Assembly (NCBI GenBank): GCA_027310185.1
Contig: DAIDBH010000011.1
Location: 110,451 to 174,450 of the forward strand
Length of the DNA: 64,000 nt
DNA from: Thermoplasmatales archaeon
GTDB taxonomy: Archaea; Thermoplasmatota; Thermoplasmata; Thermoplasmatales; Thermoplasmataceae
Reading direction: 5' to 3'
Position numbers and translations under genes: made by a program. Under the pieces are notes generated by a model. It was not told where the DNA came from. It did not search any database and worked only from the letters and a program-made list of their open reading frames with translations. Each line of letters opens with the position of its first letter. Position 1 is the first letter of the stretch. Below are positions 10,768 to 21,583 of the stretch, piece by piece.

Positions 10768-11745
10768 ATGAATAGAAAACCCGACATTAACCTAATGCTA
10801 GCAGGAAGCACTCAAATTTCTCTCATTCCAGGTATAACATCGGCTGGAAAAACACCCGAACTAACATTTCTGACTCCGGCTCTTGATTCAGAAATACTTG
10901 TAGAAGGAGAATGCAAATCTTTGGATGTGCCTCCAATGACGCCTGACGGATTGCCAACACCTTCACTTATATCCAAAGCATGCCTGGAGATTTCAGGAAT
11001 AGAAACACTGGTTGTAGATGGGGGGATGGGAATAAAGCCTCAATGTACATACCTTCATACAGGATTGGAACCTGCGCGGGATGGAAGGAAGGAACCAGCA
11101 TTGCCTCAGGCATCCCTTGCAGTATCAACAGGCAGATACCTGGGAAAGTTACTGCTTAAGCATGGTCGTTCTGTAATGATCTCAGAATCAATACCAGGAG
11201 GTACAACCACTGCCCAGGCTGTTCTTTCCCTTCTTGGAATAGATATAAAAACAAGCAGTTCATTCCAGATAAATCCATCAGGACTTAAGGATAAGGTCAT
11301 AGGAGAAATGATTGACAGGCATGGAATCCAGAATGATCCATTGAAATCCATATCAAGGGTCGGAGATTATACACAGGAAATTGCCCTTGGGGTTCTCTCG
11401 GAAAATGAGGATTCCAGGATAATTCTTTCTGGAGGGACCCAGATGGCTGCCATATATTACATTGCTTCAATGCTAAAACTCCCGATGGACAATGTTGAAG
11501 TCTGGACCACGAAGCAGATAATGACTGATTCACGAATAACAATGGAATACCTCGTTGATCCAGATCATCTGAAATTTTCCCGCACAGATATGAGAAAATC
11601 AAGGTTTGATGGAATAAGGCGTTTTGAAGATGGATATGTAAAGGAGGGTGCAGGAATGGGTGGTTCTATGGTACTTGCCGAGATGGATGCCAATAGTGAC
11701 AGAATCATAGATTTGATTGATAACATTTACAAATCCTTTATGTGA
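10768..11745 (+). CDS. cobT: Archaeal-type nicotinate-nucleotide:lower-base phosphoribosyltransferase
   Basis: IPGITSAG, ESIPGGTTTA, GGTQMAA, GYVKEGAGMGG. Confidence 0.9.
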   Translation: MNRKPDINLMLAGSTQISLIPGITSAGKTPELTFLTPALDSEILVEGECKSLDVPPMTPDGLPTPSLISKACLEISGIETLVVDGGMGIKPQCTYLHTGLEPARDGRKEPALPQASLAVSTGRYLGKLLLKHGRSVMISESIPGGTTTAQAVLSLLGIDIKTSSSFQINPSGLKDKVIGEMIDRHGIQNDPLKSISRVGDYTQEIALGVLSENEDSRIILSGGTQMAAIYYIASMLKLPMDNVEVWTTKQIMTDSRITMEYLVDPDHLKFSRTDMRKSRFDGIRRFEDGYVKEGAGMGGSMVLAEMDANSDRIIDLIDNIYKSFM

Positions 11746-11858
11746 TCCTGCGTTGAAGACTGAATTTTAAAACCTACTAATCGATTCTTATATATGTGAC
11801 ATAAAGTAAACGCGAAAAGTATGGAAAAAATATTAAGCAAGGATCAATAAAGGTAATA

Positions 11859-12162
11859 GCCGGACTAGGTTGGGAAGCCAGGCTCTTCCTGTTACCCGAA
11901 GCCTATATGCGGGAACGACAGTCCAGAGAGGCCAACCTGGCCTCTGTTAAGCCTTGAGGAATCTATGAGATTTCGGCCCAGCGGATCGGAGGATTACAGA
12001 AGGCAATTCAAAGGAAATGCTTTCCGTAACTTATTCACCAATCCCGCCAGGTCCGGAAGGGAGCAACGGTAGGTGGAACTTTTGGTGCTGCTGGATACCG
12101 GGGTCGAGTGAACTCAGGGGTAAACTTAGCAGGACGTCAGGACCAATCTGGGCATGTCCGGT
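11859..12162 (+). ncRNA. ffs: Archaeal SRP (7S) RNA
   Basis: Helix-8 signature CCGCCAGGTCCGGAAGGGAGCAACGG (~12044-12069); 5' GCCGGAC pairs with 3' GTCCGGT; UGUNR motif and complementary AGGCT/AGCCT Alu loops; ~304 nt. Confidence 0.93.
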
Positions 12163-12176
12163 ATTTGAGGTTTAAA

Positions 12177-13310
12177 ATGTTCAAGGCAATTCAGGACCCC
12201 GTATGGGGTTACACTGAAATTTCAGAAAAATTCTTGAAGATCATAGATACACCTGAATTTCAGAGATTGCACTGGATCAGACAGCTCGGGATGTGTTATC
12301 TTGTATATCCTGGAGCAGTTCACACGAGATTTCAGCATTCTCTGGGCACCATGACTCTAGCGAGCCAGATCGCACAGAAACTTGAGACAAAATTTCCAGT
12401 TGAGGTTACTTTTGCAGCCCTTTTGCACGACATAGGTCATTTTCCACTCAGTCATTCATTTGAAGATTTCTTTGAGGAAAAGTTTCACGTGAACCATGAA
12501 GAAAATGGGAGAGACATCATACTGGGTAAGAAGGGTACGGGGGAAATAAGGGAATGTCTGGAGTCTAATGATGTAGATCCGGAAGTTATTACAAGGATCC
12601 TATCAGGAAAACACAGGGAATTCCAGCTGGAAAGTGGAATAGTGAGCGGTCCTCTTGATGCTGATGAAATGGATTATCTTGTAAGGGACAGTTATTTTAC
12701 GGGAACTGGAAACATAGCTTTCAGCATAAAGAGAATGGTCGATATACTCAGGACAGATGGTGAAAAGATTTTCATTGAGGAGAAAGGAATAACGTCAGTA
12801 GAATCGATCCTTCTGTCAAGAAACTTGATGCATAAATCAGTCTATTTTCATAAGACTGTCAGGATCGCGCAAAAAATGATAGAAAGTGCAATGAAATCAC
12901 TGGATAAGGTCGATAGTTCCGTGATGGGAATGCACGATGATATTTTCATGAGCTATCTGAGAAACCAGGATTCCTGTTCTGAAATGATCAGGCAGATAGA
13001 CAGGAGAAATTTATACAAGGTTGTATTTAGGGACCAGGCACCGGACATAAGGGACCCGGAGATTGAAAATAAGATCCTGGAAAAATACCCGGAGCTTATA
13101 GTAGACTATGTACCTCCTTATGCATATCAGGACAGAAAGAAAAGCAAGAATGAGGTTCTGGTGAAGCAGGGAAGGAAATTCATGGAAATCAGTTCCCTTT
13201 CACCACTGCTCAATTCGCTCTATGACAGCTTCAACAGGAGGTCCATATTCATATACGGACCACAGAATCTTGAAATAAGACCGGAAGAAATCAGGAAATT
13301 ACTTGATTAA
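12177..13310 (+). CDS. HD-domain phosphohydrolase (SAMHD1/dNTPase-like)
   Basis: IQDPVWG, FQRL..IRQLG, HTRFQHSLG, LLHDIGH, DADEMDY..RD; start moved to ATG 12177 because the 12108 start lies inside the SRP RNA. Confidence 0.9.
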   Translation: MFKAIQDPVWGYTEISEKFLKIIDTPEFQRLHWIRQLGMCYLVYPGAVHTRFQHSLGTMTLASQIAQKLETKFPVEVTFAALLHDIGHFPLSHSFEDFFEEKFHVNHEENGRDIILGKKGTGEIRECLESNDVDPEVITRILSGKHREFQLESGIVSGPLDADEMDYLVRDSYFTGTGNIAFSIKRMVDILRTDGEKIFIEEKGITSVESILLSRNLMHKSVYFHKTVRIAQKMIESAMKSLDKVDSSVMGMHDDIFMSYLRNQDSCSEMIRQIDRRNLYKVVFRDQAPDIRDPEIENKILEKYPELIVDYVPPYAYQDRKKSKNEVLVKQGRKFMEISSLSPLLNSLYDSFNRRSIFIYGPQNLEIRPEEIRKLLD

Positions 13311-13754
13311 TCGTTTCTCCATCCTGAATGCATTCCTGCTGCCATCCAGTTTTTCACTGTAATAATTCTTCAGGAATTCTGTCTTTCTAAATCCAAGTTT
13401 TTCGTAAAGGCCGATGGCTTCATGGTTGAATTCCCTAACCTCAAGAACAATCTCTTCATAACCCCTCTCTTTTGCAAGTTCTTCCACGTATTGAAACAGT
13501 CTTTTAGCAAGACCCTTTCCCCGATATTCCGGGTCAACAGCTACTGATTCAATATCTAGAGAGTTACTGGATACTGGACATGCCATCATGTATGCTATTA
13601 TCCCATTGTCATCTTCGATCTTGAAAGCCATATCTTCTGATTCTGATAGTGCATATTTGAGCATATCAAGTGAATAAGGTCCCACTGTAAAGGCCCGTTC
13701 CTCGAGTCTTACCAGTCTTATCAGGTCATGTTCTGTAATCCTATCTATTTTCAT
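13299..13754 (-). CDS. rimI: RimI/Ard1-like N-terminal acetyltransferase (GNAT)
   Basis: AVDPEYRGKGLA, LEVR..N..AIGLYEKLGF, NYY..A.RM. Confidence 0.85.
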   Translation of the reverse strand: MKIDRITEHDLIRLVRLEERAFTVGPYSLDMLKYALSESEDMAFKIEDDNGIIAYMMACPVSSNSLDIESVAVDPEYRGKGLAKRLFQYVEELAKERGYEEIVLEVREFNHEAIGLYEKLGFRKTEFLKNYYSEKLDGSRNAFRMEKRLIK

Positions 13755-13815
13755 TATATCAACTCAAATCAGAGTATCTACCAAATATTTTTAATGTTTC
13801 CTTCAATATCCATTT

Positions 13816-14503
13816 ATGATCAGACAGAAGGAGTCAACATTCGATCAGGTAATTGACGATTTAAAGCATGGTTTGCCCATATTAATATTTGATGATGCTA
13901 AGAGGGAAGGTGAGACTGATCTTATTTTTGCGTCCCAGTTTGTAACATCAGACTCAATAAGAATGTTAAGAAGGGAAGCAGGTGGGCTTATATGTACAAC
14001 ATTGAGGAAAAGGGAGGCTGACCTGATACAGTTGCCATATCTTGAGGAGCTCTATGAAAGATTTCTACCCTATGGGAAGAAGGCCACAAATACCTCTGAC
14101 ATGGGTTATGACAAACATTCATCATTCACATTCACTGTAAATCACAGAAGTACCTATACAGGAATACCTGACATGGACAGGCAGGTTACAATTTCAAAAC
14201 TTGTAGATTTCATTAAAAACATAGACTCAAAAAATGATATTCTTGATGAATTTTACAGGGAATTCAGGATACCTGGTCATGTCCACCTTCTGATAGCAAG
14301 GGAAGGTTACTTCATGGAAAGAAGGGGGCATACAGAACTTGCCACCTACCTGGTAGAAAGGGCTGGACTTGTACCCAGTGCAACTCTGGCTGAGATGCTT
14401 TCAGATTCCGGCAGGGCAATGACAATGGAGGAAGCTAGAAACTTTGCAGAGGAACATAACTTAACATTTATAGAGGGAAAGGAAATCATAGAAAAGTGGA
14501 CCA

Positions 14504-14511
<8 letters not shown>
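13816..14511 (+). CDS. ribB: 3,4-dihydroxy-2-butanone-4-phosphate synthase
   Basis: DDAKREGETD, TYTGIPD.DR, FRIPGHV, RRGHTE. Confidence 0.95.
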
Positions 14512-15426
<915 letters not shown>

Positions 15427-15440
15427 GGTGATGAAAAAAT

Positions 15441-15845
15441 ATGAAAATAGGAATAGTTGTATCGGAATATAATTATGATATTACGATGATGATGCTGGAA
15501 AGAGCCATAGATCATGTTAAATTTCTGGGTGGAGAAGTTTCAGAGGTACTTAAGGTACCGGGAACCTTCGAGATCCCACTGGGAGTAAAGAAACTCATCA
15601 ATGGAGGAAATGTTGATGCAGTTGTTACACTTGGAGCAGTTATACAGGGAGAAACAGATCATGATGATATCATAATGCAGAACGCAGCAAGGAAAATCAT
15701 GGATATATCCATCGAGACAGGAATGCCAGTATCATTGGGAATTACAGGTCCTGGACAGACGAGACTGCAGGCTGAAGCAAGAATCGAAAAGGCAAGAAGT
15801 GCAGTTGAAGCTGTTGTTAAAATGTTGAAAGGAAATAAGAATTAA
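15441..15845 (+). CDS. ribH: 6,7-dimethyl-8-ribityllumazine synthase
   Basis: IVVSEYN, VPGTFEIP, LGAVIQGETDH, PVSLGITGPG; gaggtga RBS. Confidence 0.95.
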   Translation: MKIGIVVSEYNYDITMMMLERAIDHVKFLGGEVSEVLKVPGTFEIPLGVKKLINGGNVDAVVTLGAVIQGETDHDDIIMQNAARKIMDISIETGMPVSLGITGPGQTRLQAEARIEKARSAVEAVVKMLKGNKN

Positions 15846-16735
15846 TTATTATTTTCTTTTCTTATCTGTCCAAAAGTTGAACTTATTTCTGCAAAAGCAT
15901 TGTGTGGGTGAATACTTTCTTCACTTTCAGATGATACCGTCAATTTAACATCATCTTGAATTTCTGAAAAATTTCTTACAATATTGAATGAAATGTCTCT
16001 TACGATATCTTCAACAAACATTGGATTTAAATGGGCTCTGACAACCATCTCACCTTCATCTGATCTCTTCAGTAATGGAAGAAGTGAGCCATTCATCCTC
16101 TTTTCAACAAATTCTATAATACTCTTGATCTCAATATCCAGGTTACCAGTATATTCAATTTTTATTACTATATGATTCCTCTGATTATGAGTTATTACTG
16201 GAATCTTATCAAGAATGTCAGAAGCCTCTGGAATCCTTTCCTTCAGTATTGTTCTGGCTGTTTCCATTGCACATGGGCATGCGTTTATTACCATGATTTC
16301 TACAGATAGAGATGTCTTGCTGGCTCCATTTCTCTCAAGTTCCGAATTCACCCTGACTTCATAGGGAACAAGTGATTCGGACCCTCCAGATGCGTTCCTG
16401 TTGAGAAAGATTACTGTACTCATTTCAACCATGGCCTTGCTTGAATAGTCAAATCTTCTAAGACATTCCTTACATATTTCCATTGATACATGTTCAATGG
16501 CATCCTCATTTTTATGACCATTAATTACAGAATTGATTGATTCAATAGTTCGAGACATATCGGCACCCTTTCGCCAGGATGGAAGATTGACGAATACGTT
16601 AAGATTAACTGACAGATTAAAAACATCATCTCCTCTCCTTACCGTTATGGGTACCCTTACATTCCTTACGCCGACCCTTTCAACATTCAGGAGATGAACA
16701 GGCTTTCCACCCTGCACATCCTTGTATTTATCCAT
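15842..16735 (-). CDS. mptA: GTP cyclohydrolase, MptA/FolE2 family
   Basis: DVQ, RVGV, KGADMSR, ACPCA, THNQR, PMFVEDIVR, ESIHPHNA. Confidence 0.92.
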   Translation of the reverse strand: MDKYKDVQGGKPVHLLNVERVGVRNVRVPITVRRGDDVFNLSVNLNVFVNLPSWRKGADMSRTIESINSVINGHKNEDAIEHVSMEICKECLRRFDYSSKAMVEMSTVIFLNRNASGGSESLVPYEVRVNSELERNGASKTSLSVEIMVINACPCAMETARTILKERIPEASDILDKIPVITHNQRNHIVIKIEYTGNLDIEIKSIIEFVEKRMNGSLLPLLKRSDEGEMVVRAHLNPMFVEDIVRDISFNIVRNFSEIQDDVKLTVSSESEESIHPHNAFAEISSTFGQIRKENNN

Positions 16736-16744
16736 CCTTATTCC

Positions 16745-17104
16745 TTATTTTGTCTTACTTTCTGAATATGTTTTCTTAATAACTTCCTCTATTTCCTTGT
16801 ATTTTTCTTCAAGGGCCTTCTGTTGTTTTTCAATGGTATTTATCCTTATCTCACTGAGCTCCTTCTGTTCCTTGAGTTCTTCAATCAGTTTGGTTTTGTC
16901 ATCGACCTTATACAGTACAGGACCAACACTTCTGTATATTGGCATACCATCAGCCACTTTCCCAAGTTCTTCAAGCGTCTTGGTAAGTTCTTTTATCCTT
17001 ACTTCAAGCTGATATTTTTGAGTACCTATTTGTTCAATCTGGTTTTCGATCTGTTGAGCCTGTCTTACTTGATTTTGTAAATAATTACTTATTCCCCCTT
17101 CCAC
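16745..17104 (-). CDS. pfdB: Prefoldin beta subunit
   Basis: Two coiled coils flanking the IYRSVGPVL hairpin. Confidence 0.92.
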   Translation of the reverse strand: MEGGISNYLQNQVRQAQQIENQIEQIGTQKYQLEVRIKELTKTLEELGKVADGMPIYRSVGPVLYKVDDKTKLIEELKEQKELSEIRINTIEKQQKALEEKYKEIEEVIKKTYSESKTK

Positions 17105-17347
17105 TTATTGCACCTCTTTAACTAACCTGTCTGCAATTAGAATCCATCTGGTTATCGAACCTAGTGCAGCTCTTATTGCAACAGTATCCATCGCTTCTAT
17201 ATAAATTTGAAAGAATTGTTCAGTTTCCTGAGTTTTTATATGTGTTCTTCCTGATATCTCATCGATATTTGGAAGCATTGCAAGTACCTGTTTTAGGTAT
17301 ATACTTTTTTCAAAGTTGAGCGTAACTGAGATCTTTTCTTCTCTCAC
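17105..17347 (-). CDS. pcc1: KEOPS complex subunit Pcc1
   Basis: IEAMDTVAIRAALGSITRWI..A motif, upstream of pfdB; start set at GTG 17347 because the longer ORF runs through a tRNA. Confidence 0.75.
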   Translation of the reverse strand: MREEKISVTLNFEKSIYLKQVLAMLPNIDEISGRTHIKTQETEQFFQIYIEAMDTVAIRAALGSITRWILIADRLVKEVQ

Positions 17348-17403
17348 AATTGGATATGCATTTAACTCAAAAATATTTATGCCAGTTAGTATTTTCCTTG
17401 CAT

Positions 17404-17478
17404 GGGCTTGTGGCCTAGTCTGGATAAGGCACCGTCCTTCTAAGTCGGTGATCGTGGGTCCGAATCCCACCAAGCCCG
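17404..17478 (+). tRNA. tRNA-Arg(UCU), intronless, CCA not encoded
   Basis: GGGCTTG/CAAGCCC acceptor stem, GCCT/AGGC D-stem, CT-TCT-AA loop, GTGGG/CCCAC T-stem. Confidence 0.92.
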
Positions 17479-17677
17479 CTGTTTGATTTTCTACAATTTT
17501 AATTACAAATAACAATATAGTGAAGTCATATATATTTCTAATTTAATGTATTAGTTTGTATTGTTTTAGTTTTATTGTAATTTGACTTACAAAATAGGCA
17601 TAAAACTAGGCAGTTTAAAACAGAATAGTGTCTTAAAAGCTATAAATGATTAAATAGTGTAATTAAATTCTACGTTA

Positions 17678-18709
17678 GTGAACACCAATCTAGTTCTATA
17701 TATTATACGAAGAGCAATATATGCAGTAGTCTCCCTGCTTCTCATTATAACTATAGTTTATCTCCTTATTCACGCAGTTGCACCAAATCCTTATTCGCTG
17801 GCAAAGGTTTATGCCGGGCCCGGGCACACTTCTAAATCCCAGCTGGACGCAATAATTAAGGAATATGATTTGAATGCTCCTCTCGAATACCAGGTTGTCA
17901 ATTATATCTCTAATATTTTCCATGGAAATTTAGGATTTGACCCCTCATATCACAGACCGGAGATACAACTCATTGCAAGATATCTACCAAGGACACTTGA
18001 GCTTGTGATACCTGCACTGATATTGTCTATGTTCCTTGGATTATATACAGGAGCATTTGGGGCTTCAAAGAGAAGAAAGGCCGGAGACCAGGTGGTGAAG
18101 GGAGTTTATCTAATTACCTGGGCATCACCTCCTTTCCTGGTTGCAATAGTCCTGCAGTTATTTTTTGCATATGACCTTGGACTATTACCTGCAACTGGGT
18201 TGGTGAATCCATTGTTGACTGCTCCAGCGAATGTAACCGGATTTCCACTTTTGAATGCCTTAATAGCAGGGGATTTCACATATTTCATAAGTCTGATTCA
18301 TCATATGATCCTTCCTGTAATTGCAATTGGGTTGCTAAGCTTCGGCATAATCACAAGACTAACCAGATCAAGCATGCTTGATTCAATGGAATCGGAATAT
18401 TTCAAGCTTGGTCTAATGAAAGGAATATCAAGAAAGAGGGCCGTTTATACGGTAGCATTGAGAAATGCTTCTATACCGATAGTTACACTTTTGGCTCTTT
18501 CCTTTGGATATGCAGTAGCCGGAGCGGTCGTCGTCGAGGATATCTTTGATTATCACGGTATGGGCTGGTTTATAGTTTACGCTATAACCAATCTGGATTA
18601 TATCGCCATATTAGGAACGACCATAATTATAGCCATATCCATCATAATAGCCAATCTTGTTGCAGATATATTATATGGAATTCTAGATCCGAGGGTGAGG
18701 CTCGAATGA
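17678..18709 (+). CDS. dppB: Peptide/nickel ABC transporter permease (DppB/OppB)
   Basis: YIIRR, LPRTLEL, RLTRSSM, ALRNA, DILYGILDPRVR. Confidence 0.92.
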   Translation: MNTNLVLYIIRRAIYAVVSLLLIITIVYLLIHAVAPNPYSLAKVYAGPGHTSKSQLDAIIKEYDLNAPLEYQVVNYISNIFHGNLGFDPSYHRPEIQLIARYLPRTLELVIPALILSMFLGLYTGAFGASKRRKAGDQVVKGVYLITWASPPFLVAIVLQLFFAYDLGLLPATGLVNPLLTAPANVTGFPLLNALIAGDFTYFISLIHHMILPVIAIGLLSFGIITRLTRSSMLDSMESEYFKLGLMKGISRKRAVYTVALRNASIPIVTLLALSFGYAVAGAVVVEDIFDYHGMGWFIVYAITNLDYIAILGTTIIIAISIIIANLVADILYGILDPRVRLE

Positions 18710-19659
18710 TCAACGAACCGGTAAATAAGGAAGAAGAAAGAAAAGCGTCAAGGAAAAGCGGGTTCAGAAAGAGATCAAATTTTTTGAAACTCATGTCCAA
18801 GGATAAGTCAGCTATTATTGGAATGGTTATCGTGGTCGCTTTTCTTGGCTGGTCAGCGATTCAGGGCTTCCTGGAATATATGTCATCATTTCCGAAATAT
18901 GCCAACTGGGGCTATATGTTATTACCATCGAGTCCATATCACACAGTTCTGGCGGATAGTTTACTGCCTCCTTCAACGAAGTCGGTCGCATTTTGGTTTG
19001 GAACAAATCTAGAAGGAGAAAGCATCCTTTCAAGAATGCTCTATGCGATGCCCAGGGATGCTTTCGTATCCGTTATTGTGGTATTCTCAGCGATAGTCAT
19101 AGGAGCTATACTGGGTATTAGTGCTGCATATAGAGGCGGATGGCTTGAAACTATAATTATGAGGTTGACAGATTCCTTCCTCGCTATACCTGCATTAATT
19201 CTTGTCATTGCAATCTCAATTCCGTTAAGAGCCACTTACTTTGGGGTCATCCTAGGATTGAGTATAGTATGGTGGCCTACATATACAAGATTCTTCCGGG
19301 GTCAGGTGTTGAGGTTAAAAAATATGGATTTTGTGGAAGCGGCTAAAATAAATAACGTTAAGACACACAATTTCTTTATAAAATATCTATTCCTTAACAG
19401 CGTGGACCCAATTATTGCCTATGCTGCCCTGGACTTCGGAAATGTGATACTGACCTATTCAACACTGGCGTTTCTTGGAATTGGTTTATCCATACCTATT
19501 CCAGAGCTGGGAGCAATGGCATCAAATGGGTTGGGCTACCTGCCAGCAGATTGGTGGTATTCATTCTTCCCTGGTATTGCAATATTGATAATTGTAATTG
19601 GATTTGTCCTTGTTGGTGACAGATATCAAGACCTCATAAACAACAGGATAGATTATTAA
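18706..19659 (+). CDS. dppC: Peptide ABC transporter permease (DppC/OppC)
   Basis: WFGT..G, IMRLTD.FLAIP, FVEAA, LAFLGIG, FFPG. Confidence 0.92.
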   Translation: MINEPVNKEEERKASRKSGFRKRSNFLKLMSKDKSAIIGMVIVVAFLGWSAIQGFLEYMSSFPKYANWGYMLLPSSPYHTVLADSLLPPSTKSVAFWFGTNLEGESILSRMLYAMPRDAFVSVIVVFSAIVIGAILGISAAYRGGWLETIIMRLTDSFLAIPALILVIAISIPLRATYFGVILGLSIVWWPTYTRFFRGQVLRLKNMDFVEAAKINNVKTHNFFIKYLFLNSVDPIIAYAALDFGNVILTYSTLAFLGIGLSIPIPELGAMASNGLGYLPADWWYSFFPGIAILIIVIGFVLVGDRYQDLINNRIDY

Positions 19660-19668
19660 GGTGATCAT

Positions 19669-20637
19669 TTGTTATTGGAAGTAAATAATTTAAAGGTAAG
19701 CTACAAAACTGTAAACGGTATTTCAACAGTGCTTGAAGATTTCAATCTGAAAATGAATGAGGGAGAGATCATTTCCATAGTTGGAGAATCTGGATCAGGT
19801 AAGAGTACACTCGGACAGGCTGTAACTAAATTATTACCTATGTCAGGAGTGGTTTCGGGGGAAATATTGTTTGAAGATAAGAACGTAGTAAAACTATCTG
19901 AAGATCAGATGACGCAGTACAGGGGGACAAGCGTTTTCATGATATTTCAGAACCCATTGAATAGCTTAAACCCTGTAAAAAGGGTTGGATTCCAGCTTAT
20001 TGAGGCAATTAGAATAAGGAATCAGCGCAAGAGTGAAAACCTTACAGATGACGATATGTATAAAGAGGCAGTAGAAACATTGAGAATAATGCGACTACCA
20101 GACCCAGAGGAAATAATGAAACGTTATCCTCACGAACTGTCTGGTGGACAGGTTCAGAGAGTGGTCATTTCAATGGCTATCATTTTAAAACCAAAATTAC
20201 TCATAGCAGATGAACCGACTACTGCTCTTGATGTAACAATTCAGGCGCAGGTTATAAATCTACTCAAACAGTTGAACAAGGATTATAAAATGTCTATCAT
20301 ATTCATAACGCATGACCTGAGCCTTGCCTATGTTCTATCCGATAGAATCCTTGTTATGTATGCAGGTAGAATAGCAGAAAATAGTCCTGCTGAAAATATT
20401 GTTAAAAAACCCCTGCATCCATATACTGAAGGTCTCCTAAAGAGCGTTCCAACCAATTACAAATCATCGGGTCAATTGTACTCCATACCAGGTTCACCCC
20501 CATCATTTTTTGATATGCCAGTAGGATGTAGATTCAATCCAAGATGTAACAAAGTATTTGATAAATGCAGAAGGGAGGAACCTAGGTTGATAAATTACCA
20601 GCAGGATATTATGGTGAGGTGCTGGCTTTATGAGTGA
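19669..20637 (+). CDS. dppD: Peptide ABC transporter ATPase (DppD)
   Basis: GESGSGKS, LSGGQ, ADEPTTALD, C-terminal GCRF.PRC. Confidence 0.95.
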   Translation: MLLEVNNLKVSYKTVNGISTVLEDFNLKMNEGEIISIVGESGSGKSTLGQAVTKLLPMSGVVSGEILFEDKNVVKLSEDQMTQYRGTSVFMIFQNPLNSLNPVKRVGFQLIEAIRIRNQRKSENLTDDDMYKEAVETLRIMRLPDPEEIMKRYPHELSGGQVQRVVISMAIILKPKLLIADEPTTALDVTIQAQVINLLKQLNKDYKMSIIFITHDLSLAYVLSDRILVMYAGRIAENSPAENIVKKPLHPYTEGLLKSVPTNYKSSGQLYSIPGSPPSFFDMPVGCRFNPRCNKVFDKCRREEPRLINYQQDIMVRCWLYE

Positions 20638-21583
20638 AATATTCAGGTTTGAAAATGTTAAAAAATTATACCCTATTCAGAAAAAACAGTTGCTTGACAC
20701 TCTCGCTAGAAGAAAAATACCAAATGTAAGGGCACTTGAAAACATCAATCTCTCGATCGATACAGGAAAAATTCTTGCAGTTGTTGGAGAAAGCGGTTCT
20801 GGAAAATCCACTCTCGGTAAGATAGTTGCCACAATTGAAGATCCAACGGAAGGTAAGATCTATTATGAAGGTAAGGAAATTGAGCAGAGCAACCTCAGGT
20901 ATGTGCGAAAGAATGTTTCAATGGTATTTCAGAATCCTTCCACATCAATCAATCCGAGAATGAAGGTTAAGGACCTTGTGTCAGAACCGTTGGGAAGGTT
21001 TAACGAGGAGGCTGTTAAAAATGTTTTAAATTCTGTCGGACTGGACTATGATGATTCCAAGGATAAACAACCAAGGGAGTTTTCCGGAGGTCAGATACAA
21101 AGAATCGCAATAGCAAGAGCTTTAATAAAGGAACCAAAATTACTCGTTCTTGATGAACCAACTTCTGCACTGGATGAATCAATACAGGCTCAAATGCTAA
21201 ATCTACTCATATCTATCCAGAAAAAGAACAATCTTACATATATCTTCATAACCCACAATATAGGTGTTGCAAAATACATAAGTGATGAGATGATTGTTAT
21301 ATATGCAGGGCAGGCAGTGGAAATAGGTGATACAAAAAAGATTCTTGAGTCGCCTCAACATCCATATACACAACTCCTGATAAGCTCGATTCCTTCCTTT
21401 AGCAGCAAGGAAGTAGCCTCACCTGTGGGTGATGTACCAAGTCTCATAAATCCACCAGAGGGATGCAGATTTCATAACAGGTGCCCTTTCGTCATGGAAA
21501 TTTGCAAGACAAGAGAACCGGGATATGCCGATGTAAATGGCGTAAAAGTACTGTGCTGGTTATATGGGAGCAATGGAAATTAA
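20630..21583 (+). CDS. dppF: Peptide ABC transporter ATPase (DppF)
   Basis: GESGSGKS, FSGGQ, LDEPTSALD, GCRFHNRCP. Confidence 0.95.
   Translation: MSEIFRFENVKKLYPIQKKQLLDTLARRKIPNVRALENINLSIDTGKILAVVGESGSGKSTLGKIVATIEDPTEGKIYYEGKEIEQSNLRYVRKNVSMVFQNPSTSINPRMKVKDLVSEPLGRFNEEAVKNVLNSVGLDYDDSKDKQPREFSGGQIQRIAIARALIKEPKLLVLDEPTSALDESIQAQMLNLLISIQKKNNLTYIFITHNIGVAKYISDEMIVIYAGQAVEIGDTKKILESPQHPYTQLLISSIPSFSSKEVASPVGDVPSLINPPEGCRFHNRCPFVMEICKTREPGYADVNGVKVLCWLYGSNGN

Noticed and set aside
12108-12176. N-terminal extension of the HD ORF
   Set aside because: Lies inside the SRP RNA; ATG 12177 has its own RBS
17348-17515. N-terminal extension of the Pcc1 ORF
   Set aside because: Antisense to tRNA-Arg(UCU); Pcc1 proteins are ~80 aa
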